Shown: positions 40,525-54,164, counted from the stretch's first letter. The stretch: 64,000 nt of DNA from Octopus vulgaris (GCA_951406725.2 OX597836.1:8866001-8930000), one strand, 5' to 3'. Notes: generated from the sequence alone by a model not told the origin. Numbers and translations: made by a program.

Positions 40525-40692
40525 ACATACACACACAGATGCCTATAGCCGATGGGGTCGAGTCAATCGCCGTGTCATTCCGATGCAACAAAAGATTGAT
40601 TTTCTTATCAGATAATTGGTTGCGTATACTGTACAGAGGATGTAATGCCAGTCATACAAGTGGATTGCATTATATATATATATATATATATG

Positions 40693-41012
40693 TAAAAGTA
40701 ATATGTGACAATTATTCGGTAGCCATGATAAAACTCCGAGTTTCGGATGCCGTGATGAAAATCCACGCCGCCATCTCTTCAGTCATCTGGCCATCGGAAA
40801 AAAGAAGCTATGAAAATGACCGTTATACAGAGGGAAATTACTGTGTGATTGACCGTTAAGAGAATGACCGCTACGTGAAGGGAGGAAGTAAAAGTAAAGA
40901 GTTTTATCATGGCTACCGAATAATTGTAACATATTACTTTTAGAGATAAATTCCTTTATTTACATAATATCGAGGTCTCTTTCATTCTTTTGTTGTCTTA
41001 CCGTTTCTATCA
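40693..41012. mobile_element. Penelope-like short element with a 44-bp inverted repeat and a hammerhead motif
   Basis: Inverted arms 40693-40736 and 40899-40942; (TA)n on both flanks. Confidence 0.65.
40727..40787 (-). ncRNA. Type I hammerhead ribozyme-like motif
   Basis: GATGA-CTGAAGA-GATG..CGTG..CACG..CATC-C-GAAAC-TCGGA-GTT-TTATC; one extra C before GAAA. Confidence 0.65.
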
Positions 41013-41049
<37 letters not shown>

Positions 41050-41165
41050 CGTGTGTGAATATATATATGTATGTGTGTGAATATATATGTGTATGTGTGA
41101 ATATATATGTGTATGTGTGAATATATATATATGTGTGTGTGTGTGTGAATATATGCGTGTGTGTG

Positions 41166-41202
<37 letters not shown>

Positions 41203-41534
41203 CTCACATGACGGGTTTCTTCTACTCACAAGGCTATAAAAGAAAGCACTTACCCAAGTTGTCACGCAGTGGGACTGAACCCGCAACAATGTGGTTGGGA
41301 AGCGAACTTTTTAGCACTGAGCTACGCCTTTGTTAATATATTTATGTTAATATATTTGTTGAATTTTTTCTAAACTTCAGCAGTTTAAGCTACAATGAGT
41401 AATAAGCTAAGAGTACCGCGGGATGACATTTTTCTCATGTTTCAAGATCATTGACCTCTAAATCTTCCTTCTTCCGAAGAAATAAAGAGAAAAGCTGATT
41501 CAAATGAAATCTAATATTTTTCGAATCCCTTGTG

Positions 41535-42160
41535 CGGCGCGCTGGCAGAATCGTTAGCACGCCGGGCAAAATGCTTAGCGGCATTTCGTCCGTTTTTACG
41601 TTCTGAGTTCAAATCTGCCGAAGTCGGCTTTGCCTTTCATCCTTTCGGGGTCGATTAAATAAGTACCAGTTACGCATTGGGGTCGATATAATCGACTTGA
41701 TCCGTTTGTTTGTCCTTGTTCGTCCCCTCTATGTTTAGCCCCTTGTGGGTAATAAAGAAATAGGTATTTCGTCTGTCTTTACGTTCTGAGTTCAAATCCG
41801 CCGAGGTCGGCTTTGCCTTTCGTCCTTTCGGGGTCAATAAAATAAGTACCAGTCAACCACCGGGCTTGATGTGATCGATTATGCCCTCTCCACCCCCAAA
41901 TTTCAGGCCTTGTGCCTTAAATAGAAAGAATTATTATTAAGGTGGTGAACTGGCAGAATCGCTAGAACGCCAAGGAAAATGCTTAGCGACATTTCGTCTG
42001 TGTTTACTTTCGGAGTTCAAATTCTGCAAAGATTTGACTTGGCGTTTTACACCTTCGGGGTCAATAAAATAGGTACCAGTTGAGTACTGGGGGTCGATGT
42101 AATTGTTTTACCTTCTGTCCCGAAAGTGCTGGCCTTGTGCCAAAATTTGAAATCAATATT
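41535..42160 (+). mobile_element. SINE B dimer (LINE-tailed unit joined to internal GGTATTTCG) plus a further copy
   Basis: AATAAAGAAATA|GGTATTTCG junction at ~41762. Confidence 0.85.
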
Positions 42161-42339
42161 TTCCGAATCTCAATTGGCTCTACGGATTGTTGTATTGTTG
42201 TTGCTCTTTATTCTAGTATAACCATATCTATTGCGCTACGTTATTCAGTGTGACCTTCGTATTTTAAGCCCTTAAAGAAATTCTGCTGCTATCTCTAGCA
42301 GATCTATTGACCGCGTCGAGGAGGTTCCTCATTAACCAT

Positions 42340-43005
42340 AACCGAACCGCTTGTTACAAGGACGTAAACACACCAACACTGGCTGTCAAGCGGTGGTGGC
42401 GAGGGAGCACGCATGCTCTTATATATACACAACGGGGTTATTTCCGCTTCCGTCGACCAAATCCACTCCCAAGGCTTTTGGTCGGCCGGGATTATTGTAG
42501 AAGACGCTTACTCAATGTGCCACACAGTCGGATTGAACCCGAGACCATGTGGCTGGGAAACAAAATTATGACCACACCGCCACGCCCGCGCCCAATAAAT
42601 GTATACGCAGGAGTGGCTGTGTGGTAAGTAGCTTGCTTACCAACCACATGGTTCCGGGTTCAGTCCCACTGCGTGGCATCTTGGGCAAGTGTCTTCTGCT
42701 ATAGCCCCGGGCTGACTAATACCTTGTGAGTGGATTTGGTAGACGGAAACTGAAAGAAGCCTGTCGTATATAGTCGTATATATGTATATATATGTGTGTG
42801 TTTGTGTGTCTGTCTTTGTCCCCTTAGCATTGCTTGACAACCGATGCTGGTGTGTTTACGTCCCCGTCACTTAGCGGTTCGGCAAAAAGAGACCGATAGA
42901 ATAAGTACTGGGCTTACAAAGAATAAGTCCCGGGGTCGACTTGCTCGACTAAAGGCGGTGCTCTCGCATGGCCGCAGTCAAATGACTGAAACAAGTAAAA
43001 GAGTA
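42340..43005. mobile_element. Divergent (head-to-head) SINE A pair: minus 42340-42592, plus 42605-43005
   Basis: Homology to 10-390. Confidence 0.85.
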
Positions 43006-43689
43006 TTCGTGTGTGCAGGCGGTAGTGCAAACTTAATAGTTTTAATCCATTGTCGAATTTCGTTCAATTCTTTTGTTTTAGTCCTCAACGCTGCCGTTTA
43101 GAGACGACGACATCAACAACTCAGCCATTTTCTTTTCTCTCCCAGATAAAAATTTGTAGCCTTTTACTTCAGGAAAAAAACGAAAAGAAAAACGAAACAA
43201 AATGAAGACGTCTCTATATATATTTATTGGCTTCCCGACACCTTTGTGGTAGGGATCTGTGCATCTCTCCCCTCGTCCCCACTTCACTCGGCCAAACAAA
43301 CAATTTTCGATGCTTTATGAGCGTGAAAATGTCATTTCGTTACCCTTGAAATATCGTATGGTTTCTCTCATTTAGCTTTTGTGTGTGTGTGTGTGTGTGC
43401 ATTGTGTGTGTGAGTGTGTGTGCATTGTGTGGAGGGGGAACGTTGATTAGAGAGGATAAAGGGATTTAAACAATCTTTCATGCTTTTCTCTTACCCTCTT
43501 ATTTCTTTCAGTATTGCTCTCTCTCTCTCAAGCTCTCTCTCTCTTCTTTGCTCTTCTTTTCTCACTTCTTTGCTCTTCCTTTCCCTCTTCCTTTCTCTCT
43601 TCATTGCTCTTCCCCCTCTCTCCGCTCTTTCTTTTCAGATTTCTCTTTCTCTCCTCTCTTCACTGTTTTCTCCTCTCTCGTTCTTCCCC

Positions 43690-43920
43690 CTCTTTCTCTC
43701 GCTCTCCCCCTCTTCCTCTAGCTCTCCCCCTCTTCCTCTCGCTCTTCCCCCTCTTCCTCTCGCTCTTCCCCCTCTTTCTCTCGCTCTTCCCCCTCTTTCT
43801 CTCGCTCTTCCCCCTCTTTCTCTCGCGCTTCCCCCTCTTTCTCTCGCGCTTCCCCCTCTTTCGCTCTTCCCCCTCTTTCGCTCTTCCCCCTCTTTCGCTC
43901 TTCCCCCTCTTTCTCTCGCC
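43690..43920. repeat. 21-bp pyrimidine minisatellite (CTCTCGCTCTTCCCCCTCTTT)
   Basis: Direct inspection; explains the LALPPLS-repeat ORF. Confidence 0.9.
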
Positions 43921-44041
43921 AGTCCTCCCTATTCTAATACATTACTAATACGGAACACTCCATTGACCCTCTGTTGACAATTCTCAAATATTTCTTCTCA
44001 CAGTATATTCTACAACTACTACATGCACACACACACATGCA

Positions 44042-44258
44042 AAACAAGGTGGAAAAATAGTACTCGAATACCAAAGGTAGAGCAATATACGATTTTATTA
44101 AAACCGAAAAAAATCTTCACAAACTGTTACTCAGTTACACGTGACCATTCAGGTGACCATTCACGTGACATTTGTGCTAATACTACGGCAAATGTATGAA
44201 CGGTCACGTGAAACACTGCGTAACAGTTTGTGAAGATTTTTTGCGACTCTTTTAAAGT
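44042..44258. mobile_element. Fold-back Penelope-like element with a hammerhead remnant (44193-44225, plus strand)
   Basis: Inverted arms ~44107-44150 and ~44197-44242; TGT-ATGA-ACG-GTCA-CGT-GAAAC-ACTGC-GTA-ACA (core lacks CTG). Confidence 0.5.
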
Positions 44259-44308
44259 TGTGTGTTTGTGTGTACACGCACGCATCTGTATATACATATT
44301 TAGGTGTA

Positions 44309-44386
<78 letters not shown>

Positions 44387-44424
44387 ATGCGTGTGTGTAT
44401 GTATAGTTGCACATATGCTTATAT

Positions 44425-44678
44425 CACCGTGATCACCATGCCCGACCAGGCTATCAGATGTTGCAACACATCGCTGGTCACAATGCGGTTCGCATTGTTT
44501 TAGCCTTCAAATGACGCCACCCCGCTGAGAAAGTTGTGGCTAAAGATTACAGCAGGGATCGCCACCATCCCCTGCCGGAGCCTCGTGGAGCTTTAGGTGT
44601 TTTTGCTCAATAAACACTCACAACGGTCGGTATGGGAATCGAAACCGCGATCCTAACCACTGGGCCATTGCGCCTTCA
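44425..44678 (-). mobile_element. tRNA-derived SINE related to family C, with near-perfect TSD
   Basis: Head GTGAAGGCGCAATGGCCCAGTGGTTAG..GGTTTCGATTCCC; CACATATG(C/T)TTATAT at 44410 and 44679. Confidence 0.8.
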
Positions 44679-44779
44679 CACATATGTTTATATATATATA
44701 CACACATATTTACTTTGCTGTGTGCAACTCGTACTCACACACACATATCAATTCGACTATATAAATACACACACACACA

Positions 44780-44834
<55 letters not shown>

Positions 44835-45236
44835 TCATAAAAATACATACATCGTGCAAAGCTTGATTCGTCATACATAAAAGCTTCTCCATAATCCACG
44901 AGTACTGCATGACGGGTAGCATGCACCCCGGGAGTTTGGTGGGGTGGGGTGGACGAGAACAGGATGTTAATTTCCCCGTCACTTCACACATCAATAATTA
45001 CACGCTTGAATGAGTTCAGTGTTATCCCCGTAAAGATGGTGGTGCCGCTGGTTTGCCTTCATGTCGAATAACAGAACCCTGTCTGTACAATACTGTTGCG
45101 TAGACAATATCTAACGATACACGTGCTGCTAGTTCCGCTTCACACACACACACACACACACACACGTTTGACCTACGTAGTAGACACACAATCATGTCGA
45201 ATTTACTTATATCTCCGAAAAATTGAAAAAAAGTTG

Positions 45237-45286
45237 AACAGACTTAATCGATTTTCGGAACTTATTGAGGTCTCGTCAGAAGTGTT
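45237..45286 (-). ncRNA. Degenerate type I hammerhead-like motif
   Basis: AACACT-T-CTGACGA-GACCTCAATAAGTTC-C-GAAAA-TCGA-TTA-AGTCTGTT; palindromic AATCGATT stem III, weak stem II. Confidence 0.45.
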
Positions 45287-46094
45287 TACATCGCTTGACC
45301 AATTGTGAGAAGCAAGTAACGATTCTGTTTATGCACACATCAAATTCAGTCGTTCTAGAAAACTGGAGCTATAATTTGCATACTATAAATGTTTAACACT
45401 TGATTGAAATATCAAACACCTGACAACGGGAATCCCAGTCCACGCAGTATCGAGTCATGTGACTGTATTAAGTATTCATAAAATGTTTTTAGCAATTAGA
45501 TTTTTTAAATTTATTTTTACCGTATTTTAACGTGTATAAGGAACCCTTTTTGTCAAAAATTAGGTTTTAAAATATTGGAGTTTCTTATATATGGATAGTA
45601 TTATAAACCCTTACAAAACTTTTCTTTCAAATTTTAAGCGCTCTCCAAAATTAGGGGGGTCCCTCATACACGTAAAAAAGAATATTCAGAGTTGTTTTAG
45701 ATGTGCCTTTCTATGAATGGAAAGGGTAGTGTTATGTTGATGGGTTTAGAGTAGCATGGTGGTTCGCTGGGAAGTCGAAAAGTGGGTGGGGGACGAATTG
45801 ACTTATTTTTGTATATTCTTAGAATTTTGGTCTATTTTTGAAATATGTGTACGTGTAATAAACACATTTAGAAATATGAATTGGCACACACACACACACA
45901 CAAACAGGAGTACACTTGTATTAAAACGACGGTATATATGGGTATACATACACACACACATACAGAAACGAGCACATATTCAGGGTTACTCACATACACC
46001 CACACATTTATACAAACACGCATGCACGCACAACATCCATATAAATATAGACGTGTGGGTGTACGTGTGGGTGTACGTGTGGGTGTACGTACAT

Positions 46095-46140
<46 letters not shown>

Positions 46141-47074
46141 ACAAATGATTCATCTTTATGTCATTTCGGTAATTAATTGAAATTCTTGACCAAAAATATG
46201 TTCCCCCCGTTTCCTCCGATGTACAGACCTCGACACCCAACACGCTCCAACCTATCAAACCCACATATCTACTGCCCCCCCTCAACAACAAACAACAAAG
46301 ACTTGTAATGGCGGCTATTGTACTATTTCCGTCTGCCGTATCTTTATCGTCATCAACGCCATCAACAACAACAGCAGCAGTATTACAGACACCATCAGTA
46401 GTAGTAGTAGTAGTAGTAGTAGCAGCAGCAGCGGCGGCAGTAGTAGTATTCTTGTATCTTCATCATTAGGATCACCAACCATCATCACCACAATAGCCAT
46501 CGCTCATTCATTACGATCACTACCAGTCTCTCACCTTCGCCATTTTCCTCATCGATATCATCATCATCATCGCCATCATTATCATCATTCGTAATCATAA
46601 GCCTCACTTTCATGATCACTTCGCTCATCATCATCATCATCACCACCACCATCGTCATCATCACCGCCGCCATCATTCTTATCTCCGTCCACCAATACAA
46701 AATTAGTACTATAATCATCATCACCACCATCATCATCAGCCTCGTCATTATTATTGAATAATAGCCCCTACTATGATGACGTCATCGAATACTAAACCTA
46801 GAGAACCTTACACAATAGGAAAAGAAGTTTTTGCTTTTATTTTTTATTTTTTCATTGTTTTGCGTGGGTGGATTGGAGGATGGGGTGGGGACGGAAGGTT
46901 GTTGTTTTCAGAACTTTTGACCAAATTCTTTGCATAAAAAATAAATAAATAATAAATAAAAGCTACCCCCTGAATTGACAACAAAGGATTCTTTAGAAAT
47001 ATCTTTAAAATACCAATCACCATCAATTATTATTACTACTACCATTATTATTATTATTATTATTATTACCATTG

Positions 47075-47115
<41 letters not shown>

Positions 47116-48181
47116 CTCGGCCCTTGTGGCCAATAAAAAAGGATTATTATTTTCACAATTCATTGTATTAAGTTGCAACTCTTTACGTCCACAGTTCATA
47201 TCTCATTGAGATCAACTTTGCCTTTCGTCCTTTTGGAATCGATAAAATACCAGTCAAATGCTAGGGCCTATACAATTGACTAACCTCCTCTACTTAAAAT
47301 CGCTGGCTCGCTGGCGTTGCGCCAAAATTTGGAAGTCTTATCTTCATAATTCAATCTAGTACTTAGTTGTGTCTCCTTACGGCCTAAGTTCAAATCCCGC
47401 CGATGTCAACTTCGCCTTTTTTTATGTGAAGTCCATGAAATAAAGTACCAGCCAAGTACTGAGGTATGTAATCGACGAACATACACACTTCCCTAAAATT
47501 ACTGACCTTGTGCCAAAGTTTGAAACACTTTTCAAAGTAATCTCTATAGATTTTCTACAGAAATTAGAGCCGACCCTGAGAGTTACGTTTCCTATCTTAA
47601 CCTTATACGAATACGTCTATATAAACAAAGCAATCGAAGATAAATAGGTAATGGTGTATATGCATATTTCAAGAGTTGTTGCTCCTTTATCAGTGCTAAG
47701 TATCAATTTTATAATTTATTTTAGTATTTAGTTACGTTTCTTAATGGTCTGAGTTTAAATTTCATCAAAGTCGCTTTACCTTTCGTTATTTTTTCCCAAT
47801 GTTTCATAAAATAAGTACTAGTCAAGCATTGGAATCGATAAAATCAACTACTTCCACCCCCATCCAAAATGTATGGCCATGTTAGAAATACCTATATTGC
47901 TTTTTGTTTTCTTCCTCACCATTTTCAAGACAGCGCCCACAATTCTCTCAGCTCAGTGATATTGATATGGATAGTGATAGGTCTGGAACATTTGTGGGTC
48001 AATAACGTCCAGATTGGTAAGATTGTGGTTGATTTTCAGGCTGCCCAACTCAATCTCAACGACAGGGCAATAAAAAAGGCTAGAGGTGAGACAACGAGCG
48101 GGATTCTGTGATTCTACAGCATGCTAGAAATACAAACCGAAACCGAATTTCACTCAAATTAGCCACCGTCCAACTAAATAT

Positions 48182-48397
48182 CTGTTTCTGTTTCTTTATT
48201 ACCCACAAGGGGCTAAACATAGAGGGGACAAACAAGGATAGACAAAGGGATTAAGTCGATTACATCGACCCCAGTGCGTAACTGGTACTTAATTTATCGA
48301 CCCCGAAAGGATGAAAGGCAAAGTCGACCTCGGCGGAATTTGAACTCAGAACGTAACGGCAGACGAAATACGGCTACGCATTTCGCCCGGTGTGCTA
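48182..48397 (-). mobile_element. SINE B, LINE-tailed subfamily
   Basis: Ends CCCCTTGTGGGTAATAAAGAAACAGAAACAG on the minus strand. Confidence 0.85.
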
Positions 48398-48696
48398 GGA
48401 CTAGAGGATGATAGAGGTGAGCCTACGAGTGGGCTTCTATGTGGTTCCACAACAAACTAGAAGCAGAAACCGAATCCAGCTCAAATTAGGCTTTATCGTC
48501 CTAGAGGATGCATTGTTTGAAATGTAGGCCAGAATACGATGGCTGGAATGCTTGGGGATCATAAGTCTGCTAAAGTGAAACAGAGATGGAGATTAAACAA
48601 CGAAAACAACAGCTAAAAATGGATAGAAAGGAGCTTTCAGAGGATTAGCAGTGAGAAGGAAAAAGGATTGGAAGGGCTATTGCATATTTGATAATG

Positions 48697-48732
<36 letters not shown>

Positions 48733-49338
48733 TCTCTTACACATTCTATGCCAAGTAAACGTAGCGGGTGGGGATGGTGTAAAAGGTGATAAGCAACACG
48801 ATGACCTGAGGAGCACAGGAATGGTGATGGTAGTGGTGATAGTATTGGTGGTGGTAGTAGTAGTACTAGTGGAGGTGGTGGTGGTAGTAGTAAAGGTGGA
48901 GTAAATATAGAGCCGGGGTGGATGCGTGTAAGGGCTTATAGATTTGGTGAACCAGCCCGCTATGCTAACCGGGGAGGCTTTCGCTGACGCAAAACCGGAA
49001 ACAGCGCCATATTTCTACCACAATTTTTTTTCTTATTTTTTTTCCTAATCACGTGACCGGAAGAAGCGAAAGAACGAACAAAAGAATGATTTATTTATTT
49101 ATTGCATTATTTTCGTTATTGTTTCTTTGTTTTATTTGCATTTTGTCATTCGGTTGTTACTTTTGCTTCACAACGAAATCTCCTGAGATTTTTTTAGCAG
49201 TGGGTGGTCGAATGTAGAACGTCGTGTTGGAAACGCTGCTTGAACAGACGGTTTCTGCAGAATATTCTAGGAATGGGTCGCTCTGTCAGGTCATTCATAG
49301 AATGGTGGTAAAATTGGCAAGGCGGTATATATAACTTT

Positions 49339-49397
<59 letters not shown>

Positions 49398-49722
49398 ATA
49401 TGTGTGCATATACATTTGAATATAAGTGCATTATGTACGTATATATAAATGCATATACTCAAATAAATGTGTAAGCAAATACGTGTGTGTGTGTGTGTGT
49501 GTGTATACACACACTCACAGACGTACGAACAAATATATGCATGTATATAATATATATACCCATTTATGCCCGTATGAACACATACATGTGTGCACACATA
49601 TATATATATGTGTGTATATATATGTGTGTATATATATGTGTGTATGTATATGTGTATATATATATGTGTATATATGTATGTGTATATATGTATATATATA
49701 TGTGTGTATGTATGTATGTATG

Positions 49723-49787
<65 letters not shown>

Positions 49788-50623
49788 GTGTGTGTGTGTC
49801 TATACATACACGCACGATACACACACACGTACCCACGCAAGCGGGCAGGGGGAGAAAACGGTGTACGTATACACATGTAGAAATTGGAAACAAAATCCTG
49901 TCAACATTTGTTAGTTATTTCAGAACAACTCATCTATTTTAATAAAACCAAGCAAACTCTCGAGGGACAAATTCTATTTGGCAACGAGAGAATGACAAAA
50001 TCTAGAGTTAGTTTATTGAAATCCGTGTGAGCGGAGCAATTACTGTAATTCTTTTAATGTGTGTGTGTGCCTGTGTTTTCTGTGTGTATCGCCCCAGGGC
50101 AAGCACGACGTGAACGGATGATGTGCGTATGATTGTGTGTCTGTGGATGCACACACTTAAACATGCACGCTTATACGTCCTCGTGCGCGCACCGACACAC
50201 AGTGCGCACATACATAGGGACACATACGCGTAAGAGCGCACACGGGGTCACATGCGTGCGCATCCTCCTGGACCAGATATTTTGTTACTAAACTGAGAAG
50301 TTAAGGGGTTTGTTTTACCGTGATGGGACCTCATAATTTGTTCGTGGCATTATGGTTTTCTGAGCGATTTTATTTATTGTTGTGAGTGAAACTGTGTAGG
50401 CGAGAACTGGTGTGACATCCCATTGGTGCCGCCGTGAAAAGTAAATGCGTCTATGAGATACTCAGCCGTTTATACCTTAGTATAATGAGTAGGTTGTCCA
50501 GTTGGTTTGACAACTTGAAAATTCGCCGTCGAAACTGACGGAGGTCCATTTATTTTGCTAACACACACAAACATATGCACATTGTGTGTGTGAACACATC
50601 CTCCCATATCACTTAAAATGTTT

Positions 50624-50665
<42 letters not shown>

Positions 50666-50835
50666 TATTGTCCATATACATATATTTACATGCGTACATA
50701 TACATGTATGTATGTGTATATATTACATATACACATTAGTATGTATATTATATATATTCACATAAGTAGTGTGTATATATAATGCATACGTATATATATA
50801 TATATATATAATGCATGCACATTTACTTGGGCACG

Positions 50836-50897
<62 letters not shown>

Positions 50898-50929
50898 ATG
50901 CATACACATCTACTTGGGCACGTATACAT

Positions 50930-50988
<59 letters not shown>

Positions 50989-51033
50989 CCTGTGTGTGTA
51001 TGTAGACTATATATGTGAACGCACATATATTAC

Positions 51034-51090
<57 letters not shown>

Positions 51091-51743
51091 GGCACACACA
51101 CACGTACGTGTACATATGCACGTCGTCTGTGTGTAGTATACATGTTATACATGTACATATAATCTCCTGGTATATTTTTCCCCACTACAAAACTACAAAC
51201 ATGTTCTCTCTGCTTTTACAAACAGATGATCGCATATATTACGTTGTTTCTACAACTTCTCTTATGTCTAACAATTGTTGCAACGATGTTTTATTTCAAC
51301 TCCATACAACACACACATACACTCACACACACACAGACAGTTACACACTCTTCAAAATAGTTGTTCATTTGAGATTTACACAAGACGTTTTGTCTTTACA
51401 AAATTTTCTCTTTACGATTTTTATTCTTTCGTTTTATCGTCTGCTAGGTAGAGAAAGAGAGAGAGAGGAAGGTTTATATGTAAATCGACCAGACGTTTTT
51501 AGTCGTCTGCGCCTCAAATTAATGTCTGTAACGTTTAACCCTTTTTGTTACCATATTTCTGTTGAAGTATACGGTCTTTGTTTTTTATTCATTTGCAAAA
51601 TATTGAAAACCTTAGTAAAATAGCTCTGTCATTACTGACCTCATGCGAGGCGGTAGAATCGTTAGCACGCCAGGCAAAATGCTTAGCGGCATTTCATCTT
51701 CTTTTACGTTCTGAGTTCAAATTCCGCCCAGTTCAATAAAATA

Positions 51744-52488
51744 TTGGATTGTCCGGAAAGTTCGTGCCGGTTTTTAAAGGAAAGAAAAAGGCCAATAAAT
51801 ACTAGCCATTACATTTTTAATCAAGGTTAACAAAAGTAGTGCCATCATAAGGCATGGGTTTAGTGGTTGTTTGCCAGGGACTTCCGGGAGTCTAAGGGCC
51901 CAATTCTAATCTATATATTCTGTGACTTCCTGGCAATAGATATTCGGTTGTCCGGAAAGTTCGTGCCGATTTTTAAAGGAAAGAAAACGGTCAATAAATA
52001 CTTGCCATTACATTTTTAATCAATCAGATATGAACCATTTTGTTGTACAATGCGTCTCCATCTTCCCTTTAATTTGAGAATATCCTCTTCCCAGAATTTA
52101 GGTGGTTTCATGGCAAAGAATTCATCCAAGGAATTGACATTTTTTTCCATTAAGACTATTCTGCAGAGACCTGAATAAGTGGAAATCTGAAGGAGCAATA
52201 TCAGTTGAATATGGAGGGTGGGGTAACACATCCCAGCCGAGCTGCAGCAATTTTTGTTTGGTTCCCAAAGCATCAAGTGCCGAAAATAAACTTTCTTATC
52301 TTCCATTTTAAAGGGTTACAGAATTAACACAGATTATAAGAACATGAACCTTCTTCCACGAAAAGATAGCTTAAACTGTGCTCTAAATGGAGGTGTAGTC
52401 AAATCGTATTATATAGACTCAACCATGTTCTAAAATAAGTCGAAAGGTAAGTTACTATAAATCGGCACGAACTTTCCGGACAACCCAA
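51744..52488 (-). mobile_element. Compound deleted mariner with three TIRs, inserted at TA in a SINE B
   Basis: TIRs at ~51744, ~51943 and ~52459-52488; the core 51943-52488 is the reverse complement of 15605-16170. Confidence 0.9.
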
Positions 52489-53258
52489 TAAGTACTCAGC
52501 TCAATAAAATAAGTACCAGTTGAGTACTGGGATAGATGTAACCGACTCAACCCTCCTTCGAAATTGTTGGCCATGTGCCAAAATTTGAAACCATCATTAA
52601 GCTGGTGTTAGGAACATAATTTAAAATAAAATTTTGGAATCTTTTTATTTAAATTATTCTAACCTTTTTTGTTGAAATACACTTTGTTTGAATTAACTGC
52701 AAAAATTTTTGAAGAATTCAGAAAATAATTTTGTCATTACCAAACTGGTTTTTCGGAATATTAACACGAAATTTAGATAAGTTTTAATTGGAAGTTTGTC
52801 TTGTAAAACCAGAAACTGTACCGAAATTATTTACCTGTTCGTAGCATATTTCTTTTGAAATATATTCCGTTTCTTTTAATTAATTTTGAAAATAATGTAT
52901 GAGTGGAGAAAAATAAAAGATGGATGGTGATGGTCATATTTAGGTCTGCCTATTCCTGGTTTACCTGGGGCTAAACAACATCCTCATAAGTACCGATGTT
53001 TCCTTTTGTGTCTTTTTTTTAGGCTGTTATTTGTACGACGTAGAATAGTGTCTCAATCTGCCGTTGTATTCTATTAATAATGGTCTCCGCCTCCCCCACT
53101 TCGATTATAGATCAGTAAAAACAGAAAAATTAGTTCGCTTACAGACAATATTTTATTATTTATAGCTACGTCATCAATGACCTTTTCAAACATGGTATTT
53201 AGCAGATCTCCTGGTTGTCAATATTCTCTGTCGGCCATTGATCGACGTCAAAACGAGG

Positions 53259-53315
<57 letters not shown>

Positions 53316-54164
53316 TAAACAAAACATTTCCAATAATGTGGCAAGTAAAATAAAGGAAATGTCAATCCTCCCACGTTTTAACAAGGATCCATTGAGACAT
53401 TTATGAAGGAGATCTAGTGTTTCTAGTCCTCCTCTGCTACGTGATAAACATCTCCCTGGACGGGACGCTAACCTGCAGAAAGTTAAGTTCCTCTCTAACT
53501 GGCTGAGTGCTTGTTTGTTGGCTGACTGGATGTAAAGTCTCCTATTAAAAGTTTGAGCGTAGGATTGTCTCGTTTTTTTTTTTTTTTGTTTGTTTCGTCT
53601 CTCTGTTCTGAGTTCGAATTCTATCGAATCAACTTTGCTTTCCGTCTTTTTTTCGGTGGGGGCGGTCGCGGAGCTGTACAAATATTAGACCGGATGCTTT
53701 GCAGTATTGGTCGTGTGTTCAAATTCCGTCATGGCCTGCATGAGCAGTAGTAATAAGCTGTCACCCGATTTCACGCTACCAGTTGGGTGTCTTCAGTGTC
53801 TTTAGGCCAAGTTCAAGCATTCGGACCACGGATCGGATTTTCGCTCTTTCTTTCTCTTTTCCCTCCCTCTCTCTCTCCCTCCCTCATTCTCTCCCCTCAT
53901 TCTCTCCCCTCTCTCTCCCCTCTCTCTCCCCTTTCTTCTCTCTCTCCTCTCTCTCCCTCCCTCCCTCCCTCCCTCTCTCTCTCCTTTTTTTCTTTTCCTC
54001 TCTCTTTCTTTCTCTCTCTCTCTCTCTTCCTTTCTCTTTCTTTCTCTCACTACTTTCTCTCTTCTCTTTTGACTAAAAGATTTTAAAAAACTATTTCAGT
54101 GTATGGCTCACAACCGCTATGTCCTCTTCGTAACTTTGCTACCACAGCTAAAATGATCTCTCAC

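Noticed and set aside
53380-53480. Minus-strand splice acceptor TTTCTGCAG and downstream ORF
   Set aside because: Downstream sequence (TAGCGTCCCGTCCAGGG) resembles a SINE V-domain tail and no donor was found.
53757-53800. Hammerhead-like CTGAAGA..GAAAT on the minus strand
   Set aside because: Cleavage position is G and stem I does not pair.
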